Part shown: positions 36,677-45,064 of the stretch, one piece after another
Layout of the letters: the number at the start of each line of letters is the position of its first letter
Position numbering within the stretch: position 1 is the stretch's first letter
Virus record (IMG/VR): IMGVR_UViG_3300022723_000109
Location: 1-58,377 of that record
Origin: a virus
Lineage: Duplodnaviria; Caudoviricetes
Length of the DNA stretch: 58,377 bases
Strand: one strand, 5' to 3'
Notes under the pieces: model-generated
Told to the model about the DNA's origin: nothing
What the model saw: only the letters and a program-made list of their open reading frames with translations
Databases searched by the model: none
Translations under genes and position numbers: made by a program

Positions 36677-37195
36677 CTAGGCCCGCTCGGCGACGATCCC
36701 GCCGCTTTCCAGGAAGTCGGCGACCATCGCGTCGATCTCGCTGTAGCGCTTGACCTGCGAGGCGCCGAAATACTCGGTCTCGGTTTCCAGGGGACCGACC
36801 TTCTTCTTGACGCGACGGATCGCCCCGACGGGCGCCGCGATGTCGGGAAGGAGCTCGGCGGACAATGCCTTCGACGAGAGGAGAGCGTGCGCGTCGCGCC
36901 ACTTCTGCGGGACCTCCGACGAGGAGAGGCAGAAGCGGTCGCGTCGCACGCCGATCCTCGGCCATTCGAGGGCTTGATCGACGATTCGAATCTCGCCCTG
37001 CAGGCGCGGGCCGTACACGGCATCCATGTACCGCGCCGCGACCCGGCACGCGATCTCCGCATCCGAGAGCGCGGCTCCGGTCCATGCGGTCGCGGCCGTC
37101 GCATCGTGCTCGTCGAGGTACGCCTGCACGTCCGCGACTTCGTTGTACGTGTCGGCCGTTGAGAGGCCGGACCCGTCTTCGATCGTGAGCGTCAT
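36677..37195 (-). CDS. Head-tail adaptor (annotated DnaT-like family)
   Basis: LTIEDGSGL..AD.Y, QALEWPR, KKVGPLE.EY. Confidence 0.8.
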   Translation of the reverse strand: MTLTIEDGSGLSTADTYNEVADVQAYLDEHDATAATAWTGAALSDAEIACRVAARYMDAVYGPRLQGEIRIVDQALEWPRIGVRRDRFCLSSSEVPQKWRDAHALLSSKALSAELLPDIAAPVGAIRRVKKKVGPLETETEYFGASQVKRYSEIDAMVADFLESGGIVAERA

Positions 37196-37359
37196 GACGT
37201 CGCGTAGTCCCGGAGAGCGATCCAGCCGGTGCCCGAGATTAAGATCTCGTACTGCCCGGCGGTGACGTTGAAGATGATGCGCCGGTCGACCGTGGTCGGC
37301 AGCGCGTCACGCTGCGCCTCGGTGATCCGAGGCTCGTGCACCCAATCCTCGACCGACAT
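37192..37359 (-). CDS. Small structural protein with fibre-like motif
   Basis: TEAQRDAL...IIFN.T; ATGA overlap. Confidence 0.5.
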   Translation of the reverse strand: MSVEDWVHEPRITEAQRDALPTTVDRRIIFNVTAGQYEILISGTGWIALRDYATS

Positions 37360-37408
37360 CCGGGTCGCCAGCGTTTGACGACCCGGACGCCGGACAGGAC
37401 GAGCGGCG

Positions 37409-37816
37409 CTAGGACGAAGGCGAAGCGCCACCGGCAGCGGCCCTTGCGTTGGCGAGGATGACGTTCGCTTCCTCGTTCGCCTTGGCGACGATGCGCGCGG
37501 CCTCGGCCTTCGCCTCTTCGAGGACCACCTTCGCGCCACCGTCTCCGGAGCCGGCGAGGAACTTCTCGCGCTCGGCCTTCGCGTGAGCCGCGGAGCGCTT
37601 CGACTGCGCGATGCAGTCGGCGAGCGACGCCTGCGCGATGCCGGTGTCGTTGAGCGGCTTGCCCGCCGCTCCGCTCTCGCCGGCCTTGGGCGCGACGCCC
37701 GGCTCGGTGGGGTCCTTCGGCTTGTCGGCCGGAGGCTGAGCGGTCGATCCGCCCGCCGCCGGCGCGCCGTCCGTCTTCTCGGGCGGCTTCGCGCCCGGCT
37801 TCGTCTGCTCGGTCAT
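37409..37816 (-). CDS. Hypothetical low-complexity protein after the capsid gene
   Basis: Typical codon usage. Confidence 0.6.
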   Translation of the reverse strand: MTEQTKPGAKPPEKTDGAPAAGGSTAQPPADKPKDPTEPGVAPKAGESGAAGKPLNDTGIAQASLADCIAQSKRSAAHAKAEREKFLAGSGDGGAKVVLEEAKAEAARIVAKANEEANVILANARAAAGGASPSS

Positions 37817-37853
37817 GATCGGAGTCTCGTCGTGGAAGGGTCTCGGGGAAGGT

Positions 37854-37885
37854 GCCCCCTCCCGAGCTCGCGCGCGGGAGGGGGC
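37854..37885 (-). terminator. Stem-loop downstream of the major capsid gene
   Basis: GCCCCCTCCCG / CGGGAGGGGGC 11-bp stem, weak U tract. Confidence 0.5.
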
Positions 37886-37909
37886 CGGAGTTCCGGGGGC
37901 TTGCAGGCC

Positions 37910-38917
37910 CTAGCCGTTCGTCCGGAGCTCGGCGATGCGCACGAGCTTCCGGTCGTACACGCGGTTCCAGTTCGCGGCCGCTTCGAGCTCGGTGTTCGTC
38001 GGCGAGTTGCCGGCGACCGAAGCGTTCGTGAACGTGATCCCGCGCGGGTGCAGGATGAACTCGCGCCGCGAGTGGAGGGTCTCCACGCCGGCGCCGCCGC
38101 CCTGCAGGGCCTCGCGCTCGACCTCGACCGGGACCTTCGCGCGCCCCTCGGCGAAGCCGACGGCTCCCGCCCCGAAGAGGTAGGTCGAGTACCGGATCCG
38201 GTTCGTCAGAGCGACGGCCGGGCAGAGGTCGTCCTCGATCACCGCGAGACCCATGAACGTCGGGAAGTTCACGACGCCCTGCGAGTTCGGGATGAACGTG
38301 ATGAGGTTCTGCTTCTTCAGCTCCGTCAGCACGACCGAGTGCATCGCGATCGCGACGAGGTTCTGCCCCATGTCGCCCATCGTCTGCTTCGTGTCGAGGA
38401 TGGCCTCCGCGGAGACCTTCTCGGCAGCGAGGACGGCGGTCGCGTTGTCGTTGCTGATGTCGTTGATCATGTCCCCCGAGTCGTTCGCCAGGTTGTCGGC
38501 GAAGACCCCGGTAAGGGAGCTGATCAGCGCGCGCTCGTCCTGCCGGACCCAGTAGTCGACGACGCGGTTCGCGATCGCCATCATCGGATCGTTGCCGATC
38601 ACCGACGCGAGCAGGTCCGCGGAGCCCCATGCCTGGTTGCGCATGTGCTTGATCGCGTTGTCCTGCCCCGTTCCGATGTTCTGCGGGGTCGCGACGCTCG
38701 CGGGGTTGTCGTTGCTGATGTTCGGCAGCGTGTCCGCGAGGTCGTTGAAGAACGGCATCTGGAAGAGGGTGCCGGCGCCCATGACGAGCGTCTGCAGCCT
38801 CGCGTCCGGTTGGACGATGCCGCTCCGGATGAGCGTAGAGACCTCCGTGCTCCGGAGCTGGAAGTAGTCTTGCCAGACGTCGGGCTCGATGACGTCGGAC
38901 AGTTGGGTTACGGCCAT
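37910..38917 (-). CDS. Major capsid protein
   Basis: T.LSDVI.P, SGIV, MPFFNDL, MHS.V, GAGA, R.EFILHP.G motifs; follows the scaffold. Confidence 0.92.
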   Translation of the reverse strand: MAVTQLSDVIEPDVWQDYFQLRSTEVSTLIRSGIVQPDARLQTLVMGAGTLFQMPFFNDLADTLPNISNDNPASVATPQNIGTGQDNAIKHMRNQAWGSADLLASVIGNDPMMAIANRVVDYWVRQDERALISSLTGVFADNLANDSGDMINDISNDNATAVLAAEKVSAEAILDTKQTMGDMGQNLVAIAMHSVVLTELKKQNLITFIPNSQGVVNFPTFMGLAVIEDDLCPAVALTNRIRYSTYLFGAGAVGFAEGRAKVPVEVEREALQGGGAGVETLHSRREFILHPRGITFTNASVAGNSPTNTELEAAANWNRVYDRKLVRIAELRTNG

Positions 38918-38971
38918 CGGTCAATCCTTGGGTTGTGACCGAGTGCCTTCGTCGGGCTCGAGCCTCAGCCG

Positions 38972-39856
38972 CTAGACGGGAGCGGCTCCGGCCTGCTCGC
39001 CTTGCAGCGGAGGAAGACCGGCTTCGGCGCGGAGACGGCGGTACTCGGCGGGGTTCTCTTTGCGGAGACGGCTCTGCTCGCTGAGGTTGACCGTCTCCTT
39101 CTTGAACGGGTTCTTTCCACCTTGAGGACCCCCGCGCCGCGGGCTTCCCGGCGTACCGCTCCCGGCGATACCTTCGCCGTCGAAGGCGCGACCCATGATC
39201 GGATCGTCCCGCAACGACGCGAGGAGGTCTTTGAGTTGCATGTCGCCGACCTTCCCGTCCTTCGTGTGCTGCCGGACGACCTCCGTGCCCGGACGCACAA
39301 CCTGGACGGCATGCTTGCCGTCGTCACCCTTGACGACTCGCGTCTCACGCCGCACCCGGTCGATGACGAGATCGGCTTCACCCTGGAGACCGTAGGCTTC
39401 GGTCGACATGAGCCGACGCACTTCCGCGTCGACGAGGAGCTCGCCGACTTCACCGCTGAGCCCGCCGTTCTGCTTCTTCAGCTCGTCGATCTGCGTGAGC
39501 AGCGGAGCCGTGGCTTCCTCGACGCTGGCCTTGATCTTGGCCTGCGTCTTCTCGTCGTCCTTGCCGTGCTTGTCGAGCACGTCCTTCAGACGATCGGAGT
39601 CCGCCTTCAGCTTGCGGAAGGTCTCGCCGTTGAAGTCGTCCGGGAGACCCTCGACCCGCGAGGTGGCCTTCCGGCGCTTGTCCTTCTCGTCCTCCAGAGC
39701 GTTCCGGAGGCTCGACACGTTCTCCAGGGCCCACCCCGAATCCTCCTTGACCTTCAGACGGTACGACCCGTCTTCGAGCTTGCGGTACCACTTCTGCACG
39801 GCTTCGTCGGCCGCGCTGTAGGCTTCTGCGGAGAGGTTCGGGAGCAGTTCGTCCAT
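38972..39856 (-). CDS. Capsid scaffolding protein
   Basis: LRNALE.EK coiled coil; GSG...KNPFKKETVNLSEQ C-terminus. Confidence 0.8.
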   Translation of the reverse strand: MDELLPNLSAEAYSAADEAVQKWYRKLEDGSYRLKVKEDSGWALENVSSLRNALEDEKDKRRKATSRVEGLPDDFNGETFRKLKADSDRLKDVLDKHGKDDEKTQAKIKASVEEATAPLLTQIDELKKQNGGLSGEVGELLVDAEVRRLMSTEAYGLQGEADLVIDRVRRETRVVKGDDGKHAVQVVRPGTEVVRQHTKDGKVGDMQLKDLLASLRDDPIMGRAFDGEGIAGSGTPGSPRRGGPQGGKNPFKKETVNLSEQSRLRKENPAEYRRLRAEAGLPPLQGEQAGAAPV

Positions 39857-39968
39857 CGCTTGATTCCTTCGGCTTCCTGCGGCACCCGGCCGCGCGAGGG
39901 GCGCCCGGCCCCTCTCGGATGACGTGAGTGCAGACCGGTCTACGGACCCGCCAGGGACGAGTCAAGCC

Positions 39969-41078
39969 TCAATCGAGCCCCTCCAGCCGACGAACCTGCT
40001 CCAGAGTGAGCGGCGCGTTCGTTCGATCGACCAGGCGAGAGAGCGGCAGACCGCCCGCGATGAGGTCGGCACGGCCGGCGCCGACGGCCGCGACCTGCAC
40101 GCTGCGCGGCTGCGAGAGGAGCCAGTCGCGGTACGTGAACGTGCCCGGAACCTCGCCGGCGATCTGCGCTTCGCCGATCCTCGCGAACCGAGAGCCGGGC
40201 GGCGCGAGCTCCTTGAGGCCGGGGATCCCGAGCTCGGCGAAGCTCTTCACGACGGGCGCGGTGTCGGACCTGCATCCGACGTGCTGCGGGGGACGCGGCC
40301 CCTCGCCGACCGCGTAGACGTTCCCGTCGAGGCTCGCGCAAATGATCGTCGTGTTCGCGTCGAGAGTCGCGACGTAGCGGACGCCGCTGATGATGTTCCC
40401 GTTCTCGCGGTAGCTCTCCTCGCGCGCGTGCGTGGTCGTGTGATTGACCGCGGTGCGCACGATCGCCGCGACTCCCCGGCGCGAGCTGCCGACCATCGTC
40501 TGCCGGACACGCTGCACGATCGTCGGGATCCCTTCACCTTGCGAGAGTCCGAGGTTGACGGCCCGCGTGACCGCGACCTGGTCGGCGCGCGCCTGGCGCT
40601 GAAACCAATCCCGCAAGAGCGCGCCCTGCATCGGGCGAGCTCGAACGATCGAGCGGAGCGTCTGCACGCTCGGCAGCTCCAGGTCGAAGGCGATCGGGAT
40701 CCTGCGCGTGATCGCCTGCTTGACGGCCGCGGCTTGAAACTCGGCTTCGCTGAGAGCGATGTCGTCGAGCGAGGACCGGAGCCGCGAGCTCGCCTCACGC
40801 ATGCCGACGCGGATGAGTTCGTTGTACGCCTGCTCCATCCGGCGCAAGCGCTGCGTCGTGTGCACGCCTCGGCCGAGCGCCCGGGTCGGGCTCGCTTCGA
40901 GCCGGCGCTGCAGCGTCGAGAGGATGTCGGGATAGACCTCGCCGTCGAGGAACGAGATGATCCGCGAAGCCTCGCCGGTGCTGAGCCGACGCAGGTAGAT
41001 CAGGTGCCGGATCGCGCGGTCGAGGAGCTCGCCGTTGACCGTCCTCCGGAGCTCAGCCCGTAGACGCCGGTCGGCCAT
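39969..41078 (-). CDS. Head morphogenesis protein (SPP1 gp7 / Mu F family)
   Basis: VRTAVNH, ATLD..TT.IC.SLDG, PP.H.GCRS. Confidence 0.9.
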   Translation of the reverse strand: MADRRLRAELRRTVNGELLDRAIRHLIYLRRLSTGEASRIISFLDGEVYPDILSTLQRRLEASPTRALGRGVHTTQRLRRMEQAYNELIRVGMREASSRLRSSLDDIALSEAEFQAAAVKQAITRRIPIAFDLELPSVQTLRSIVRARPMQGALLRDWFQRQARADQVAVTRAVNLGLSQGEGIPTIVQRVRQTMVGSSRRGVAAIVRTAVNHTTTHAREESYRENGNIISGVRYVATLDANTTIICASLDGNVYAVGEGPRPPQHVGCRSDTAPVVKSFAELGIPGLKELAPPGSRFARIGEAQIAGEVPGTFTYRDWLLSQPRSVQVAAVGAGRADLIAGGLPLSRLVDRTNAPLTLEQVRRLEGLD

Positions 41079-41081
41079 CGC

Positions 41082-42680
41082 CTACGCCGCTTCGGTGCCG
41101 CCGTCCTGCGGGTTCTGATCTCCGGGGAGCTCGGTGTCCGGCTCGCCCGGCCGCTCGGGATCGTCCTCGGGATCGTCCTCGTCCGTCTCGACCTCGACCC
41201 GCGGCGGCAGGATGTCGCGCTCCTGCATCGCCTGCTCGATGACCTCTTCGATGTCGACGTCCTCGCTGAAGAGGCCGCGCCGCTTGAGTTCGTTGAGGAG
41301 CAGCACCTTCGGGATCTCCGGCGCGCCGGTCGCGTCCGGCTCGCGCAGCTTGAGCAGGATCTCAGCGTCGTCCTTGGCGCGGCTGCCAAGCGGGAAGTCC
41401 TTGAAGACGACGACCTTGAAGGCTTCTTCGAGCTCGGTCCGGACCCACTTCGCGGCGAGCTCGAAGCACTTGCGGAGGCCGGTCTCGAAGTTCTCGACCC
41501 ACGAGATGATCGTCGCCTGCGTCTTCGCTTCGTTGATCCCCTTGCCGGTCGCGGTCTCGCTTCCGGTCCGACGGACGAGGGGCTCGAGCCCGAGTCGCTC
41601 CATGCGCTCTTCGAGCGCCTTGAGGTCTTCGGCGCCGGCGCCGATCGCCTGCCCCGTGTGCTCGACGACCGAGAGCTTCGCGTCCGGGTTCTTGGCAGCG
41701 AAGAGCCGGTTGCCGCCGACGGTGAAGCCCTGCTTCAGGTCTTCCTCGGTGAGACCCGCGCCGAAGTAGACGCCTACGCGCGCGAACCGGAGAAGGTTGC
41801 GTTGATCGGAGTCGCTCTGCCAATGCGTGAGGTTGAGCCAGGCGAGATCCATGAACGGCGGGCGGCCCGTCATGAAGCCGGTGCGGTCCGCGTACCACGT
41901 GCAGAGCGGGATCTCGCCGAAGGGGTGCGTCTGCGTGTCGAAGAGCTCCCACTTCCCGCGGCCGATCGTGCCTCGCGGCGAGTCGGTGCGCTGCCAGAGC
42001 TCCCACCGATCGGGGAGCCAGCGCTTCACGACCGGCTCGTTCCGCTGGCCGAACTGCCCGCGCTTGACGAGGCGGTGATCCATGATGCGCACTTCGAGGA
42101 GCTTCTCGCTTCCGTCGACCTCCTGCTCCGACTCCCAAAAGAAGAGCTGCGGCGCGCGGATCTCGGCGAAGTACGGGTGAGCTCGCGCGGCAGCTACGGG
42201 GTCGCGCGTCGGGCCCTGCGTGACGCGGGGGAAGTCGACGATCGTGTGCGCGAGGCCGTGCGTGACTCCGTTGCGGAACCAGTCGCGCGCGTACTGCGTG
42301 AGGTTCCTGCCGGCCATGTCGGCGTTGACCATGATGCCGGCGAGCCGGTCGATGAGGGTCCCCTCGGTCTTCACCATCTTCGCGAACGGCTTCGCGACGA
42401 CGTCGTCGATGGCCTTCTCCAGAGCGCCGAAGAGGACCGACCGAGCGACGCGCACGCTGTACGCCTTGTCGCTCTCCTTCTCTTCCTGCGGGAGCCAGCG
42501 GTGTGCCTTGCGCCGCATCCTGCGGGTGCCGCCGAGGAGATCCTCGATCAGCTCCCAATCGAGACGCATCTCGTCGTAGTCCGGCGAGGTCGTCGCGATG
42601 TCGTCCTCTTCCTGGACGTGCAGGCTCAGCTCTTGGGGGAGGAAGTGGAACTTGCCATTGACGGACGCGAATGAGGACAT
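41082..42680 (-). CDS. Portal protein (DUF4055-like)
   Basis: DLLGGT..MR...LP...E....Y..R, VDFP, PPF.DLA.LN..HWQS.SD, ETAT. Confidence 0.9.
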   Translation of the reverse strand: MSSFASVNGKFHFLPQELSLHVQEEDDIATTSPDYDEMRLDWELIEDLLGGTRRMRRKAHRWLPQEEKESDKAYSVRVARSVLFGALEKAIDDVVAKPFAKMVKTEGTLIDRLAGIMVNADMAGRNLTQYARDWFRNGVTHGLAHTIVDFPRVTQGPTRDPVAAARAHPYFAEIRAPQLFFWESEQEVDGSEKLLEVRIMDHRLVKRGQFGQRNEPVVKRWLPDRWELWQRTDSPRGTIGRGKWELFDTQTHPFGEIPLCTWYADRTGFMTGRPPFMDLAWLNLTHWQSDSDQRNLLRFARVGVYFGAGLTEEDLKQGFTVGGNRLFAAKNPDAKLSVVEHTGQAIGAGAEDLKALEERMERLGLEPLVRRTGSETATGKGINEAKTQATIISWVENFETGLRKCFELAAKWVRTELEEAFKVVVFKDFPLGSRAKDDAEILLKLREPDATGAPEIPKVLLLNELKRRGLFSEDVDIEEVIEQAMQERDILPPRVEVETDEDDPEDDPERPGEPDTELPGDQNPQDGGTEAA

Positions 42681-42689
42681 CGGGCCCCC

Positions 42690-42911
42690 CTACTTGTTCT
42701 GCGACGACTGAATGGCCGCGTGCACGTTGCGGAAGAGCTCGGCGTTCTCACGTGCGAGCGCGCGGTACTGCTCGACCAGGTCGGCCATCCGATCGTTGTG
42801 CGCCGTGGAGACTCGTTCGAGGTACTTGAGGAAGTAGTGCACGAGCCACACGAGCACGATGAGCGCGGGCGCCTGCTTGGCGATCTCGATCCAGACGTTC
42901 ACGTCGGTCAT
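42690..42911 (-). CDS. Holin-like protein (single TM plus coiled coil)
   Basis: QAPALIVLVWLVHYFLKY then amphipathic tail, BhlA-like architecture. Confidence 0.6.
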   Translation of the reverse strand: MTDVNVWIEIAKQAPALIVLVWLVHYFLKYLERVSTAHNDRMADLVEQYRALARENAELFRNVHAAIQSSQNK

Positions 42912-42921
42912 GCCGTACCTC

Positions 42922-43329
42922 TCAGATCCCGACGATGATCTTCGCGCGGAAGCGCACCGTCACGAGTACGGCGTACCAGGAGACGACGGCGGTGAGTGCG
43001 TGCCACCACGCGAAGACCGGGTACGCCGGCCAGACGAAGGAGACCACGCCTTCGAGATGCCCGATCCCGCAGACGGCGATGAAGAAGGCGTACGCGGTCC
43101 GGACCGTTGCCTTCTCGTCGCTGGAGAGCTGATCCTGCTTCGGTCGGGTCCGCTCTGCAAGGACCGCGCCGAGCAGGATGACAGGAATCGCAACGTACGC
43201 CGCGGAGATCGCGAGGTGCGACCAGAGATAGAGCTGCTCCAGGAGAAGCGTCCAGGGCCCACACTCTCCACGAGTGAGCCACTCCCCGGCGTGGTCGCAC
43301 GACCCTACATGATGCGCGTCCTGCAGCAT
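42922..43329 (-). CDS. Stand-alone ethylene-receptor-type (ETR1-like) transmembrane domain
   Basis: SHLAISAAYVAIP, FIAVCGIGH, LTAVVS match ETR1 SD..IA.AYFSIP, FIVLCGATH, LTAVVS. Confidence 0.8.
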   Translation of the reverse strand: MLQDAHHVGSCDHAGEWLTRGECGPWTLLLEQLYLWSHLAISAAYVAIPVILLGAVLAERTRPKQDQLSSDEKATVRTAYAFFIAVCGIGHLEGVVSFVWPAYPVFAWWHALTAVVSWYAVLVTVRFRAKIIVGI

Positions 43330-43417
43330 GGTCCCGCCGGAACCTCGCCGCCAACGAAGAGGCCCCCGCGCACGAGAGGTATCGAAGCGCGGGGGCCGAT
43401 GCAAGCGCCGGCCGAGC

Positions 43418-43891
43418 TCAGCCCACCGGCGCGGTGACGGGTGGGACCGGCGACCCCCTGGCTGCGGCGACCGCCCTCGGGTCGGTCGTCACGAGCTCCC
43501 CGCGCGCCTGCCGCTGCTTGTTCCTCACGTGCTGCGTGAGTCCGAAGCCGCCGATCACGCTGCCGAGGGCCGTGAGTCCGAGGTCGATCATGGGATTCCC
43601 GGTGATCGGTGAGCCCGCCGCGCCCGCGACGATCTGCTGCACCCTGCCGGAGATCTCGTCGACCTTCCCGTTGATCGAGTCGTAGACCTGCCCGTTCGCG
43701 GCCGTGATCCGGTCGCGCAGCTCGGTCTCCGAGATGACGCCGGCTTCCAGGTCGTCGAGGGCCTCGTCGATCTTCGCGTCCCTGGCCTCGAAGGAGGCCC
43801 GCATGTCGAGAAGGTCGCCCTTCGTCGCGACGCATGAGGAGAAGCCCCCCATCGCCGCCACGAGCACGACCCATCCGAGGATCTGCTTCAT
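43418..43891 (-). CDS. Lipoprotein with C-terminal TM helix, unimolecular-spanin-like topology
   Basis: Signal peptide with lipobox FSSC, coiled coil, MIDLGLTALGSVIGGFGL. Confidence 0.55.
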   Translation of the reverse strand: MKQILGWVVLVAAMGGFSSCVATKGDLLDMRASFEARDAKIDEALDDLEAGVISETELRDRITAANGQVYDSINGKVDEISGRVQQIVAGAAGSPITGNPMIDLGLTALGSVIGGFGLTQHVRNKQRQARGELVTTDPRAVAAARGSPVPPVTAPVG

Positions 43892-45036
43892 GAGCTGAGC
43901 TCCAGGTTGTCGGTGATCGCACCGACGTCGTTGCGGTTGAGATGCACGCGCACGTTGCCCGTGCAGTTCCGGATCGAGACCTTCGTCGGTCCCGTGATCG
44001 AGATCCACGGCTGCCCGCCGGTCGCCTCGAAGTGGCAGCCGTCGAGGACGAGCTCGGCGACGCGCTTGAAGTTCGCGATCGGGCGCGTCGTCTTCTGGAA
44101 GAGCGCCCGGACGTTGCGGCACACGGCCTTCGTGCGATCCTCGATCAAGAGCGCGCCGTGGTCGGTGTCGGGGCTGATCGCAAGCGCGCTGAGGTTCTGC
44201 TCGGAGTTGTCGACCTCGACGTTCTCCAGGTAGAGCGCGTGCGGGGTCGGGAAGAAGCTCAGCGCGTACGAGGCTCGAGCCGAGCCGCCGTGATTCCAGC
44301 CGATATCGCGGGCGGTGACGTCGCGCACGACGACCACGCCTCCGGCAGCGCCGTCGAGCTCGGGCTCCGGCGTCTCCGCTTCGCGTCCGGGCACGCCGAC
44401 GAACTGGATCGCCTGCGATCCGATGTGCTCGAAGTGCGTTAGCTCGATGAGGATCGCGATCATGTCGAGCGTCGGAGCGTCGTCGCCCAGCCACGCCGGC
44501 CACGGTCCCCCGCCGCCGGCGAGGTTCCAGTAGAAGCCGTGCTCGGTCCTGCAGTTCGAGAGCGTGCATCCGCTCACGACGATCGGCTTGCCCGGGAGGC
44601 CGCGCATGCGGTACGCCCTGGAGAGCCACTTGTCGCCGTCGTCGAGGATGCAGTTGCGGATCTCGAAGTCGTCGAGCGGGCCGGCCCCCTTGCCGTGGTG
44701 CATGCCCGTCCATCCGAAGTTGTGGAAGCGCGTGTCCTTCAGCCGGTCGCCCGACGAGATCTCGAAGGGGTCCCACAAGCGGAAGTCCCGTTGCGCGAGG
44801 ACACCCTGCGCGCCGATCACCTTCGGGGGATCGACGACGGGGTCGTCGGGCGGATCGACCGGAGGATCGACCACGTCGGGGAGGAGAGGCTCTAGCTCCG
44901 CCGCGAAGCGGGCCTCGGCCGCGACGAGATCTCGGTGCGCCGTGAGGAGCGCGACATTCGACTCGTCGATCGTCTTTCGGAGCGCCTGCGTTCTCCGCCA
45001 CACGTCGAGCAGGCTTTCGGGGATCTGCTTCGCCAC
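43888..45036 (-). CDS. Coiled coil plus Pro/Asp linker plus beta-helix-like domain
   Basis: DPPVDPPDDPVVDPP linker; repeated beta-strand units (IRNC, SGCT, ENVE, DGCH); AAGGAG ribosome binding site. Confidence 0.55.
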   Translation of the reverse strand: MAKQIPESLLDVWRRTQALRKTIDESNVALLTAHRDLVAAEARFAAELEPLLPDVVDPPVDPPDDPVVDPPKVIGAQGVLAQRDFRLWDPFEISSGDRLKDTRFHNFGWTGMHHGKGAGPLDDFEIRNCILDDGDKWLSRAYRMRGLPGKPIVVSGCTLSNCRTEHGFYWNLAGGGGPWPAWLGDDAPTLDMIAILIELTHFEHIGSQAIQFVGVPGREAETPEPELDGAAGGVVVVRDVTARDIGWNHGGSARASYALSFFPTPHALYLENVEVDNSEQNLSALAISPDTDHGALLIEDRTKAVCRNVRALFQKTTRPIANFKRVAELVLDGCHFEATGGQPWISITGPTKVSIRNCTGNVRVHLNRNDVGAITDNLELSS

Positions 45037-45064
45037 GTCATTCCCTCCTTGGGGAGTTCGTCGG

